Shown here one piece after another: positions 10,384 to 19,764 of a DNA stretch of 64,000 nt. Each line of letters begins with the position of its first letter. The stretch's first letter is position 1. The stretch is from Candidatus Moraniibacteriota bacterium (GTDB taxonomy: Bacteria; Patescibacteriota; Minisyncoccia; Moranbacterales; GCA-2747515). The notes under the pieces are model-generated. The model ran no database searches. It was not told the origin of the DNA and saw only the letters and a program-made list of their open reading frames with translations. The DNA is taken from NCBI GenBank assembly GCA_027031495.1, contig JALVQA010000004.1:120070-184069 (forward strand). The letters are read 5' to 3'. The position numbers were made by a program, and so were the translations under genes.

Positions 10384-11348
10384 TCAAAAACAGCATACAA
10401 CAACGGCCGGAGGGTGGACTTTTGCAAACGCGCGGATGGGCGGCTTTTATGCGCGCACTTGGTAGGGACACAGTTGTCATTACGCGCGGCAGACTTCTCA
10501 TTTTTGGCGTTATCCATGAGTTGCCGTATGTTGGGCGCTATCTTTATATACCTCGTGGTACCAAAGATGTTATGCGTCACATATCACACATCCGTGCGGC
10601 AGCACTACGGCGTGGGTGTGCGTGGGTGCGTATAGAGCCATTAGAAACACAGCGTGCATGTGATGGTTGCGTAGAAGCGCCACATGATATGCAGCCACGC
10701 TGTGTGTTGCAACTTGATATAACGCCAGATGAAGATACACTTTTGACGCAAATGAAGGGTAAAACACGGTATAATATTCGTCTTGCGCAAAAGAAAGGTG
10801 TTGTTATTCATGCATATCGTCACGGTGATGATGGCGCGGACGAAGCACTTGATGCATTTGTTACTCTTGTGCATGCGACGGCACGTCGTAAGCATGTACA
10901 TTTCCACCCTGCGAATTATTACAAGGAAATGTTTGCGCATGTCGGGCACGAAAGTGGCACGGATATAGTGCTGTACACAGCGGTGTATAACGATGAAGTT
11001 GTTGCGGCGAATCTTGTGACAATTTGTAACGGTACGGCGACGTATTTGCATGGTGCGACGTCTGATAAATATCGCAATGTAATGGCGCCGTTTTTGCTGC
11101 AATGGCGTCAAATTGTGGATGCGCGCAAGCAAGGATGTGCATGGTACGATTTTGGCGGTGTTTTTATCGGTAGTAATGATATCGGAAAGGTGGGTATCAG
11201 CCGTTTTAAAAAGGGTTTTGCGCCACGGAGTGTGCCATTGTGTGTGCCGGGGACCTATGATATTCCTCTCAAAAAAAGTTGCTACATCCTCTATCGCTTC
11301 CTTGGAAGTGTGAAAAAACTCTACCATAAAATGCATCATTTAAGGTAA
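10380..11348 (+). CDS. FemAB-family peptidoglycan aminoacyltransferase (tRNA-dependent interpeptide bridge formation)
   Basis: 322 aa. It has KTRYNIRLAQKKG and HGATSDKYRNVMAPFLLQW motifs characteristic of the FemXAB/acyl-CoA-N-acyltransferase fold. Its start overlaps ruvA, and it sits directly upstream of murE. Confidence 0.65.
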   Translation: MIKNSIQQRPEGGLLQTRGWAAFMRALGRDTVVITRGRLLIFGVIHELPYVGRYLYIPRGTKDVMRHISHIRAAALRRGCAWVRIEPLETQRACDGCVEAPHDMQPRCVLQLDITPDEDTLLTQMKGKTRYNIRLAQKKGVVIHAYRHGDDGADEALDAFVTLVHATARRKHVHFHPANYYKEMFAHVGHESGTDIVLYTAVYNDEVVAANLVTICNGTATYLHGATSDKYRNVMAPFLLQWRQIVDARKQGCAWYDFGGVFIGSNDIGKVGISRFKKGFAPRSVPLCVPGTYDIPLKKSCYILYRFLGSVKKLYHKMHHLR

Positions 11349-11350
11349 TT

Positions 11351-12685
11351 ATGGAGCGAATTCTCTTTTTTATCAAAAAGTACATACCACGAAGACTGTT
11401 TCGCACAGTACAGCCCTTTTATCATTTTGTCATCAATTTTTGTGCGGCACTGTGGTACGGTTTCCCTAGTCGTCGCATAATAGTTGTTGGCGTTACAGGC
11501 ACAACTGGTAAAACGACAACCGTCTTTTTTCTGGCGCATATTCTGCGACACGCCGGTATGCGTGTGGGTTATACATCAACAGCACTTCTTTCCGATGGTA
11601 AAAGGGATTGGCTTAATGACAAAAAAATGACCATGCTTGGTCGTTTTTTCACACAAAAGATGCTCGCGCGCATGCGGCGCAATGCGTGTGATGTTGCTAT
11701 TATTGAGACGACGAGCGAAGGTATCGTACAGTACAGGCACCGCTTTATCAATTATGACATCCTTCTCTTCACCGGTCTCTATCCAGAACATATAGAATCG
11801 CATGGCAGTTTCGATGCATACAAGGCCGCAAAAGTGCGTCTCTTTAAGCATCTTGCACGATGTGCAAAGAAACGCGCTGTTTCTGTAAAAAAGACAATCA
11901 TTGCAAATTGTGATGATGAACATGTGTGTGCATTTCTTGCACCGTGGGCTGAGAGGAAAATTGTTTTCTCGCAGAAGAAGTGTGAAAAAGAGTGTGCGCG
12001 AGGAGCTGAGCGATTACGGTATGCATATAAAGAGACAAATGACACGGGTGTAAAAATGCATTTCAATGGTAGTGAGGTGCAAACACGTCTTCTCGGTAGT
12101 TTTTCTGCAACAAACAGTGCTGCTGCAGCAAGCGTTGCCTATGCGCTTGGCGTGACACATGATGATATTATACGTGGTATTGAAAATCTGCCGGACGTGC
12201 CGGGGCGCATGGAGCGCATAAATGCGCCGGAAGGATATATGGTTATTGTTGATTATGCTTTTGAGCCAGTGGCGATGAGGCGGCTTTACGAGACAGTGGC
12301 ACACCTTAAACCGCAGAGGATTATTCACGTGCTTGGTGGTACCGGTGGTGGGCGCGATCGTGCGCGACGTCCGAAAATTGGCGCAATTGCCGGTAAGAAT
12401 GCGCACAGTGTAATAGTAACAAATGAAGACCCTTATGATGAAGATCCGCAACGTATTATGGAAGATGTTGCACGTGGTGTGCGCGCAGCGGGAAAAAGTG
12501 AGGGTAATGGTCTTGTAATTGTGCCTGATCGCCGTGATGCCATTCGCATGGCGCTTGTGCACGCGCAGGCTGGTGATATAGTACTAATTACGGGTAAGGG
12601 AAGCGAGCAGGCAATTTGCGTTGCGGAAGGTAGGATGGTACCACATGATGATCGTGCTGTTGTACGTGAGATTCTTGGTGTATAA
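11351..12685 (+). CDS. murE: Mur ligase family protein, MurE-like (UDP-MurNAc-tripeptide synthetase)
   Basis: P-loop VGVTGTTGKTTTVFFLAH. The C-terminal Mur ligase domain is present (…DRRDAIRMALVHAQAGDIVLITGKGSE…). I cannot distinguish MurE from MurF with certainty. Confidence 0.65.
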   Translation: MERILFFIKKYIPRRLFRTVQPFYHFVINFCAALWYGFPSRRIIVVGVTGTTGKTTTVFFLAHILRHAGMRVGYTSTALLSDGKRDWLNDKKMTMLGRFFTQKMLARMRRNACDVAIIETTSEGIVQYRHRFINYDILLFTGLYPEHIESHGSFDAYKAAKVRLFKHLARCAKKRAVSVKKTIIANCDDEHVCAFLAPWAERKIVFSQKKCEKECARGAERLRYAYKETNDTGVKMHFNGSEVQTRLLGSFSATNSAAAASVAYALGVTHDDIIRGIENLPDVPGRMERINAPEGYMVIVDYAFEPVAMRRLYETVAHLKPQRIIHVLGGTGGGRDRARRPKIGAIAGKNAHSVIVTNEDPYDEDPQRIMEDVARGVRAAGKSEGNGLVIVPDRRDAIRMALVHAQAGDIVLITGKGSEQAICVAEGRMVPHDDRAVVREILGV

Positions 12686-12699
12686 TAAGTGAGGTAGGC

Positions 12700-12772
12700 G
12701 GGCCGTTAGCTCATCCGGTAGAGCGCATCCATGGCATGGATGAGGTGAGGAGTTCGAGTCTCCTACGGTCCA
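12700..12772 (+). tRNA. tRNA-Ala (anticodon GGC)
   Basis: 73-nt cloverleaf folded by hand. The acceptor stem is gggccgt/acggtcc with a G3:U70 pair. The anticodon loop is atGGCat and the T-loop is ttcgagt. No CCA is encoded. Confidence 0.85.
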
Positions 12773-12859
12773 CAGAGACGATACCTTGAAATTCTTGTGA
12801 AGTGTGGTAGTATTGACACGTATTCATGTATATCAGTGAGTAAATGAAATACTCCTTTT

Positions 12860-12951
12860 GGAGAGGTGGCTGAGTGGCTGAAAGCGGCACCCTGCTAAGG
12901 TGTTAACCTGGGAAACTGGGTTCGAGGGTTCGAATCCCTCCCTCTCCGCCA
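12860..12951 (+). tRNA. tRNA-Ser (anticodon GCU), class II with a long variable arm, CCA encoded
   Basis: Acceptor stem ggagagg/cctctcc, anticodon loop ctGCTaa, a long variable stem-loop (aacctgggaaactgggtt), T-loop ttcgaat and a terminal CCA. Confidence 0.85.
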
Positions 12952-13243
12952 ATTGGTATTCTGAGGAGGGGAATTTAAAAGGGCACGTCAGCCGATTTTC
13001 CCTTCAAAGTGGAATTTTTTACCTTTTAAAATAAAGTTCGAACCGATTATTGCTTTTTTGTTCAAAAGACTTCAATTTGTCTTTCAAAACTTGTTTTTGA
13101 TTGATGAGTTTGTTTTTTTATTTCTTGGATCACAGACGCTTAAATGCGAGGGAATTGTATGCTAAACTGTTAACAGTTATTAGTAGGCATTATTAAGTTA
13201 TCTGGTCTTGTACCTGTAATTATTAAAAAGCTGTAGAACGCCT

Positions 13244-14005
13244 TTGCCTTTTTGCATATATCTGATGTATAATAATGGCATAGTAACAGGCCTAGTGTCC
13301 TATTTTTTTATGATCCCTCTCTTTAATCACCTTTCACAAAAAGACAAGAAGCGCGCAATTGAAGATTTAATTCATGACTCTACACCACGCTTGTCATTTT
13401 TCGCGCTTGTTATTCTTTCTGTCCTGATGGCAACATTTGGGTTATTGATTGATAATGCATCCGTTATTATCGGTTCCATGTTAATTGCACCGATTCTTTC
13501 ACCGATTCTCAGTTTAGCGATGGGGATTGTTATGAGTGATACAATGCTTGTTGTACGCAGTGGTATGACGCTGGTAAAATCTCTCGCGCTTGGTGTTGTT
13601 CTTGCAACACTCGCAACGCTATTTGTTTCGACAGAAAGTCGTGTTATTGGCACTGAGATCATGTCGCGCACACACCCATCACTCATTTTCTTTGCCATTG
13701 CTTTCATTGCCGGATTTGCTGCTGCTTTTGCGCGTGTTAATCCGGATTTATCTGAGACGTTGCCTGGCATTGCGATCAGTGTTGCTTTGATTCCGCCGGT
13801 TGGTGTAATGGGTATTGGCGTAGCACTTTTGAATTGGTCAATGATTAGTGGTGCAGCGATGCTGTTCGCGGTTAACGTTGTTGGTATTATTTTTGCGAGT
13901 ATGCTCGTGTTTTCTATGATGGATCTTTATATCAATCGTGATGTAGCGGTGCGTGCAGCAAAAGCTGAGGATCGTGCTCTTGCGAAGGAAAAAAGTGTCA
14001 GTTGA
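13244..14005 (+). CDS. DUF389-like integral membrane protein
   Basis: Multiple TM helices. The stretch SMLIAPILSPILSLAMGIV resembles DUF389/TIGR00341 proteins. The start codon is uncertain because there are several in-frame ATGs. Confidence 0.45.
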   Translation: MPFCIYLMYNNGIVTGLVSYFFMIPLFNHLSQKDKKRAIEDLIHDSTPRLSFFALVILSVLMATFGLLIDNASVIIGSMLIAPILSPILSLAMGIVMSDTMLVVRSGMTLVKSLALGVVLATLATLFVSTESRVIGTEIMSRTHPSLIFFAIAFIAGFAAAFARVNPDLSETLPGIAISVALIPPVGVMGIGVALLNWSMISGAAMLFAVNVVGIIFASMLVFSMMDLYINRDVAVRAAKAEDRALAKEKSVS

Positions 14006-14027
14006 TTATAGTTATAGCTTATTGTGT

Positions 14028-15092
14028 ATGATGAATTTGCGCCATCTTAATACATTTTTCTTTCTTGGTGTACTTATTACGGTAACGTGGAGTGCGTATC
14101 TTCTCTTTATCCCCTTTATTGGTCCGATTTTTACGGCAGTTGTTTTGGCAATTTTGTTTTATCCTCTCTATGAGCGTTTGTGCGCGCTAACAAATGGGCG
14201 TAAAGCGCTCGCTGCCAGTAGTGTGCTGCTTGTTATTGCACTGACAATTATTTTACCGATTGTTAGTGTGAGTATGCTTCTTGTGGGGGAGGTGACGGAT
14301 ATTGTGCAAAACGTTGCTGCCAGCAGCGAGCCAGCACGAATTATTGAACAAAAGGTTGATAAAATTGCTTCCATAGTGCCAGGTTTCTCTTCATACCTTG
14401 CCATATCGCAGGATACATTCACAAATATTGCACAGCATACGGGGTCTTTCTTTGTTAAGGTGGCACAAAAAACATATGCCAACGTTATTGGTAGTGTTCT
14501 TGGTGTCTTCGTACTCTTTTTTACACTTTTCTTTCTTTTTGTTGATGGGAAAAAATTTGCGCAGAAGCTTATGTTTCTTTCGCCTCTTTCTGATAGACAC
14601 GAGCGCCTTCTTTTCGAGACATTTAGCGCTATGAGTCGTGCTACGATCAAGGGCACGATTATTATTGGCTTTATTCAAGGCTCTCTTGGTGCGCTTGCAT
14701 TTTATATTGCCGGTGTACCGAGCGTCTTTGTATGGTTTGTTGTAATGGTCTTTCTTGCAATCATTCCATTTCTTGGTGTGGGTATTATCGGCTTTCCTGC
14801 CGCTCTCTACTATTTGATTACCGGTAATACGGTTGCAGGTCTCATTCTTCTTGGTTCATTTATTTTCATTTCCTTTATTGATAATTATTTACGTCCGCTT
14901 ATCGTTGGTCGTGACGCGCAAATGCATACACTACTTGTCTTTTTTGCTACGCTTGGCGGTATTATGACTTTTGGTTTGATTGGCTTTATTGTTGGTCCGA
15001 TTATTATGGCGCTGTTCGTAACACTTTGGCATATTTACGGATTGGAGTTTGAACAACAGCTTAAAAAGCATAACAACATGTCCGGCAAATAG
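14028..15092 (+). CDS. AI-2E family transporter (PerM/YhhT-like)
   Basis: About 8 TM helices, a size of ~355 aa and the AI-2E-like layout. The start is taken at the ATG pair just after the upstream stop. Confidence 0.7.
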   Translation: MMNLRHLNTFFFLGVLITVTWSAYLLFIPFIGPIFTAVVLAILFYPLYERLCALTNGRKALAASSVLLVIALTIILPIVSVSMLLVGEVTDIVQNVAASSEPARIIEQKVDKIASIVPGFSSYLAISQDTFTNIAQHTGSFFVKVAQKTYANVIGSVLGVFVLFFTLFFLFVDGKKFAQKLMFLSPLSDRHERLLFETFSAMSRATIKGTIIIGFIQGSLGALAFYIAGVPSVFVWFVVMVFLAIIPFLGVGIIGFPAALYYLITGNTVAGLILLGSFIFISFIDNYLRPLIVGRDAQMHTLLVFFATLGGIMTFGLIGFIVGPIIMALFVTLWHIYGLEFEQQLKKHNNMSGK

Positions 15093-15156
15093 CGCTTTGT
15101 TTATCAATGCACAGCAGCACTTGTTGTGATTGTCTTTGCTTGTCGCCTATTAAAGT

Positions 15157-15993
15157 ATGTATGAACACCTTCCACAAATGATTAGTCCAATTGCGCTATC
15201 AATTGGTGGTTTTTCTGTGCGGTGGTATGGCCTCATGTGGCTTGTGGCATTTGCGGTTACGTGGCTACTACTCATGGTGCGCGTGCGTTTGCGTGAAAAT
15301 CAATCACTTCACGGTCTGACAAATAATGTGCTTGGTGATATGGTTTTAATGTCCGCTCTCGGTGGTGTTATCGGTGGTCGCCTTGGTTATGCACTGTTTT
15401 ATGACTATATGTTTTTTAGCGAATATCCTTCTGCGCTCGTTTGGCCGTTTGTGAACGGTCATTTTACTGGTATCAGTGGTATGAGTTTTCATGGTGGTGC
15501 AATTGGCATTCTCTGCGTTTTATTTTTTTATGCGCAAAAGTATAAGTGGTCATTCTTAGCGCTTACCGATTTTGTTGTTCCCGCTATTCCTCTCGGCTAT
15601 TTTTTTGGTCGTCTCGGCAACTTTCTAAATCACGAATTATGGGGGCGAGTGACGACATATCCAATCGGTATGTACTTTGCTGAAGCATCGGATGGTGGAA
15701 CAGTGCTACGTCATCCATCACAGCTATACGAGGCATTTTTTGAGGGAATTGTACTATTTGTTTTGTTGTGGGTTTTGCGCAACCGCTTCACTTCACTTCG
15801 TGGTTTTATAACAGGTGTTTTTGTATGTGGCTACAGCGTTGCACGATATGGTGTTGAATTTTTTCGTGAGCCTGATGCACATATCGGTTTTGTTGTTCTC
15901 TCGCTTTCGATGGGGCAAGCACTTTCTATCTTAATGTTTTTGTGTGGCATTATTCTTGTGTACTACTCTCTGCAATGTAGAAAGTATACATAA
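15157..15993 (+). CDS. lgt: Prolipoprotein diacylglyceryl transferase
   Basis: Lgt signature segments are present: RWYGLMWLVAF…GGRLGYALFYD…HGGAIG…FGRLGNFLNHELWG. Confidence 0.9.
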   Translation: MYEHLPQMISPIALSIGGFSVRWYGLMWLVAFAVTWLLLMVRVRLRENQSLHGLTNNVLGDMVLMSALGGVIGGRLGYALFYDYMFFSEYPSALVWPFVNGHFTGISGMSFHGGAIGILCVLFFYAQKYKWSFLALTDFVVPAIPLGYFFGRLGNFLNHELWGRVTTYPIGMYFAEASDGGTVLRHPSQLYEAFFEGIVLFVLLWVLRNRFTSLRGFITGVFVCGYSVARYGVEFFREPDAHIGFVVLSLSMGQALSILMFLCGIILVYYSLQCRKYT

Positions 15994-16030
15994 AATTTCA
16001 TTACTTGTGGATAGTTTCTGAGGCGCTTTG

Positions 16031-16039
16031 TGCTATAAT
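16031..16039 (+). promoter_or_regulatory. Extended -10 promoter element TGcTATAAT
   Basis: TGnTATAAT is read at 16031-16039, downstream of lgt. It would initiate at about 16046, which is inside the annotated 5' end of ORF 16005..17108. Confidence 0.3.
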
Positions 16040-16355
16040 GGCGTATATGGACATCATCCGTAAACAAAAAAACAAAGAGGAAACACAGAACTATTGTGTG
16101 CGCTTTAGTGATGCACAAAAGCGCCTTGCGCACTATCATGATAATCCTCGTCGCGCGTTGCGTCTTGCACGTGCCGGTTTCCGGTCGCACTTTTTCTACA
16201 CGGAGGATTCTGGTCGTTATGTCACACCACGCCAGCGTGCACATATGGCACGTGGAGAGTATCCAACACGTACATGCACATCATTTGATGCGATACGTTA
16301 TCGCTACAGCACGGCACACACGCCGTGGTCTATGTCACAGATACACACATGGCGT

Positions 16356-17108
16356 ATGCAACCACTTCGCACTGCTTATGCATCGTGGCGTGGCTGGTGG
16401 CATTTTGACATCTCTCCTGTGCGTGCATGGAACCTCTCTCTTATTGGGGCAATACTTTTTGGTATGATTTCCATGACGATGATCTATCGTTCTTTTGGGC
16501 AATTTGCTTTTGCAACGGAACCAAGCGCTACACCTGTTCATAATGGCTATTATAATGAACGTTCTGTGGAGGATGGTGCTGTCGCTCCTGTAACCGTAGC
16601 TGCACGTGAAATTGCAGCGCAAAGTGCCGCGTATGTTGTAAATAAAAAACAAGGACAAACTACTGTAAAACGTGATCCAACGCAAATTGCTTTTGAGAAA
16701 CGTGCGCGTGAAATGGTTAAGGGGTATCCCATTGAAAAAATGTTGCCAGAAATTTTTAAACAGGATCGCGTTGTTGCAAGTTTCTTAATTGCAATTGCAA
16801 AACAGGAAAGTCAGTGGGGAAAGCGTGTTCCTGTCCTGCATGGTGAAGACTGCTATAATTATTGGGGATTTCGTGCAAAGCGTGCGCGTATGGGGACCGG
16901 TGGACATACGTGTTTTGATTCCAGGGCCGATGCAGTTACAACGGTTGGGCGCAGGATTCACGATCTGGTGTATAAATATAATAAAACGACAGCGGATCGT
17001 CTTATTGTGTGGAAATGTGGCTATAGCTGTCAAGGGCATGATCCTGGTAACGTGGTTGCATGGAAGCGCACGGTACAGCGTTACTACGATGCGTTAATGA
17101 AAGAATAA
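16356..17108 (+). CDS. Membrane-anchored peptidoglycan hydrolase, GH73 (glucosaminidase)-like domain. The start is uncertain; the ORF is open from 16005
   Basis: The C-terminal half contains FLIAIAKQESQWGKR…NYWGFRA, matching the glucosaminidase motif pattern (A.A..ESGWG … NNLFGIK). A signal-anchor (LSLIGAILFGMISMTMIY) precedes it. The 5' ~350 nt of the ORF has aberrant composition. Confidence 0.45.
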   Translation: MQPLRTAYASWRGWWHFDISPVRAWNLSLIGAILFGMISMTMIYRSFGQFAFATEPSATPVHNGYYNERSVEDGAVAPVTVAAREIAAQSAAYVVNKKQGQTTVKRDPTQIAFEKRAREMVKGYPIEKMLPEIFKQDRVVASFLIAIAKQESQWGKRVPVLHGEDCYNYWGFRAKRARMGTGGHTCFDSRADAVTTVGRRIHDLVYKYNKTTADRLIVWKCGYSCQGHDPGNVVAWKRTVQRYYDALMKE

Positions 17109-17222
17109 AAACATCTATTTGGGTCGGTGTCACCGACCCTTTATCATGGTATACTGAAGTAATGGGTCAAGTTTGTCATCTTTTACATTGATGACCCATT
17201 AAAGAAAAACAAAAATGTTCCC

Positions 17223-18320
17223 ATGATTAAAGGTGGTGATATAAACCTTGCTTCTGGTACGATTTATGTCAGAGGTTTGCATTCGTCGATACGGAGACGC
17301 ACGCTTTTCGTGCGTGAGTCTGTTCTTGGTATCGTGCTTTTTGTTGCGCTTTTTTTCCTTTTCCTTTTTCTTTTCAATCTTGACTATGCGATGTTGGCAC
17401 GTCGTATACAAGCATTCATGGATCCTGATGGTTTTACGCGGACAGAGCGTATTCCAAGTACATGGTTACAGCGCTACAATATCGTTATTACGTCTCCTGA
17501 GGATTTTGAATTAGACCAAGATCACGATGGTTTAACGCTTTATCAAGAATATATTTACCTTACTGATCCGATTGTAGCAGATACAGATGGTGATGGTGTG
17601 TCAGATGGTGAGGAAGTTGCAAAGGGGCAGAATCCACGCGGTCTCGGTATACTGGATATGGATCATGATAGTCTACCAGATACATGGGAGCGCACTTATG
17701 GTCTCAGTACGTTGCGTAATGATCGAGACGAAGATATAGATAATGATGGTTTGTCAAATTGGCGTGAGTTTCTTCATAAAACAGATCCAAAAAATCCCGA
17801 TACGGATAATGATACATTTATGGACGGCACGGAAGTGCGCAATGGCTATGATCCGGACGCGCCTGGTGACGCGCGTCCGGCTGTAACAATCATCATCGAT
17901 AAGATTAATGTGAAGGTACCGATGGTATGGTCAACATCGGTTCTTGAGGAACAACTACAAAATGATTTGAAGAGAGGGGCAATTCACTATCCACGTACTG
18001 CTGCGCCAGGTCAAAATGGTAACATGTTTGTTGCGGCGCATTCCAGTAATTACGCATGGGCTGAAGGTAATTTTAATCGCGTTTTTGCGCGCTTAAATGA
18101 GCTTGTAGTAGGTGATGTTATTACGGTGAAAGTAACACAGGCGAACGGTGCTGTACTTGAGTATCTCTATAGGGTTACGCAGAAACGTGTTGTACAACCC
18201 GATGACCCATGGATCTTTCTTAAGACTGATAAACCAACAGCAACATTCTCAACATGTTGGCCAATCGGCACGCGGCAAAAGCGTCTTATTATAAAAGCTG
18301 ATCTTGTGCAATCGCACTAA
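17223..18320 (+). CDS. Sortase-family transpeptidase with N-terminal thrombospondin-type-3-like Ca-binding repeats
   Basis: N-terminal TM. Acidic repeats DTDGDGVSDGEE, DIDNDGLSNWRE and DTDNDTFMDGTE are present. The C-terminal sortase fold has a catalytic His (VAAHSSNY) and the TLxTC-like active site ATFSTCWP. Confidence 0.65.
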   Translation: MIKGGDINLASGTIYVRGLHSSIRRRTLFVRESVLGIVLFVALFFLFLFLFNLDYAMLARRIQAFMDPDGFTRTERIPSTWLQRYNIVITSPEDFELDQDHDGLTLYQEYIYLTDPIVADTDGDGVSDGEEVAKGQNPRGLGILDMDHDSLPDTWERTYGLSTLRNDRDEDIDNDGLSNWREFLHKTDPKNPDTDNDTFMDGTEVRNGYDPDAPGDARPAVTIIIDKINVKVPMVWSTSVLEEQLQNDLKRGAIHYPRTAAPGQNGNMFVAAHSSNYAWAEGNFNRVFARLNELVVGDVITVKVTQANGAVLEYLYRVTQKRVVQPDDPWIFLKTDKPTATFSTCWPIGTRQKRLIIKADLVQSH

Positions 18321-18381
18321 CTCTCATTTTCTCGTTTTGTGCTACATAGTGTATAATGACATATTGTGTGGTTTGCAATTT

Positions 18382-19326
18382 ATGAATCCTCTTGTACGTA
18401 CAATTCTTGCTACGATATCCTATTATGACGCAATGGATTATCCTTTAACGCTTTTTGAGATATGGCGTTTTTTGAGTTTTGAGGATATTAATGTGCCGGC
18501 ACAATACCGCAAAGAGCGAACGCTAAAGGATGTGCAGGATATTGTTGATCATCTTGTGCGCGATAAACACATTGTGTGTACGAACGGTTTTTATGCTCTG
18601 ATTGGACGAGAGCATCTTGTTCGTGAGCGTCAGCGAAGAACGATATTGTCGATTGATAAGTTGTATAGAATGCGCCGCTGTGTAAAATTCTTGCGCCATG
18701 TGCCATTTGTGCGCATGGTACTCGTGACGGGACGTCTTGCGATGAAGCACGCCGAAGAGAACAGTGACTGGGATGTTCTCATTGTTTTAAAGAGGGGATT
18801 TATTTGGACGGGACGTTTTTTTGTTACAGTGGTGACACATGTTCTCGGGCGTCGGCGGACTGACGCTCATCACGCGGATCGACTTTGTCTTAATTATTTT
18901 ATCACGACCGGTTCATTGAAAATTTCACTTGATGATCGTTACAGTGCACATGAATACATGATGGCACGACCACTTTTTGCTAGCATAAATCCACAAAGAT
19001 TTCTTTCTGCAAATCTATGGATTAAGCGTTTTCGTCCGCATTTTGATACGTTATTTGTGCAATCCCCGTATTTTATTGATGATACTGCGACGGCATATAT
19101 AATGCGACACTTTTGTGAATGGTGTTTGCGTGTAATTCATATTGAACCACTTCTTCAAAAAATACAGTATGTGAAGATTATGAAAAATCCAAAAACTTCT
19201 CGTGAAAATAGTGTAATTGTTGCTAATGATAGGGAGCTTATTTTCCTACCCTGTCCTCATAGCAAGCGCGTGTTAGCCGCTTATCATAAGCGATGTCGCT
19301 CTCTTGGTCTGCGCAGTTGTGCATAG
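18382..19326 (+). CDS. Hypothetical protein, possible nucleotidyltransferase fold
   Basis: GRLAMKHAEENSDWDVLIVL resembles the G[SG]…D.D motif of Pol-beta-type nucleotidyltransferases. The start is set at ATG 18382 (MNPLVRT…). Confidence 0.4.
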   Translation: MNPLVRTILATISYYDAMDYPLTLFEIWRFLSFEDINVPAQYRKERTLKDVQDIVDHLVRDKHIVCTNGFYALIGREHLVRERQRRTILSIDKLYRMRRCVKFLRHVPFVRMVLVTGRLAMKHAEENSDWDVLIVLKRGFIWTGRFFVTVVTHVLGRRRTDAHHADRLCLNYFITTGSLKISLDDRYSAHEYMMARPLFASINPQRFLSANLWIKRFRPHFDTLFVQSPYFIDDTATAYIMRHFCEWCLRVIHIEPLLQKIQYVKIMKNPKTSRENSVIVANDRELIFLPCPHSKRVLAAYHKRCRSLGLRSCA

Positions 19327-19598
19327 TTTCCGCATAGTGTTTATATGGCACGCTATACAGTATAATTTTTCTGTGACCAAATTATTTCCATATAGTAGCG
19401 CTTATGAAATATGTCACCAAAAGTGTATGCTTTGAATGCGCTCTGCTTTCAGTGTATTCTTACTAAGTATCAAAAATATTGTGCAGTATGTGTGCAATCT
19501 TATGCACGTGACTAAAATGAATGCATTTTATAGTAATGTTATCTTTTGAATGATGTAGTAATAATTGAGTAACAATGTTTATGAGTTGTGACAGGGTA

Positions 19599-19627
19599 TT
19601 GACAAGGCGGTTTTTGCATGCTAGAAT
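19599..19627 (+). promoter_or_regulatory. Near-consensus sigma-70 promoter (TTGACA-17 nt-TAGAAT)
   Basis: -35 TTGACA at 19599-19604, a 17-nt spacer, and -10 TAGAAT at 19622-19627. Confidence 0.5.
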
Positions 19628-19633
19628 AGTGGT

Positions 19634-19707
19634 GTGAATAAAGGAATCGGGTGATTCCGCAAACTGCCAATGTGGCCACTGGCAGGTGCGGGGCGCCCGG
19701 TTTTTTT
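19634..19707 (+). ncRNA. Candidate ~75-nt structured RNA or cis-regulatory leader (three hairpins + U7) upstream of a Cys-rich small ORF
   Basis: Hairpins ggaatc-gggt-gattcc (19643-58) and ctgcca…tggcag (19664-85), then a GC-rich hairpin gcggggcgcccgg followed by TTTTTTT (19701-07). It lies immediately downstream of the promoter above. Confidence 0.3.
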
Positions 19708-19764
19708 ATTCGCTAGAATTGTTGAATAAAACGATTCTACGTAATACGTTAATAAAATAAAAAT

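Noticed and set aside
10641-12562. Long minus-strand ORFs 10641..11339 and 12014..12562 overlapping the FemAB-like and murE genes
   Set aside because: They are shadow ORFs opposite clearly homologous plus-strand genes. Their translations are Cys/His/Arg-rich with no motifs.
12952-13243. Possible integrase attachment site or mobile-element remnant next to the tRNA-Ser gene
   Set aside because: No direct repeat of the tRNA 3' end beyond a 7-nt gttcgaa match. No integrase or transposase ORF is present in the window.
19640-19690. Possible fluoride (crcB-motif) riboswitch, because of a GG…CC hairpin followed by CAAACUGCC, a 9-mer identical to part of a known fluoride aptamer
   Set aside because: The defining GAUG elements are absent: neither the GGCGAUGG 5' segment nor the CUGAUG…CCUAC 3' pseudoknot segment is present. 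The first hairpin loop is only 4 nt, too short for the pseudoknot. The 9-mer match is probably chance.
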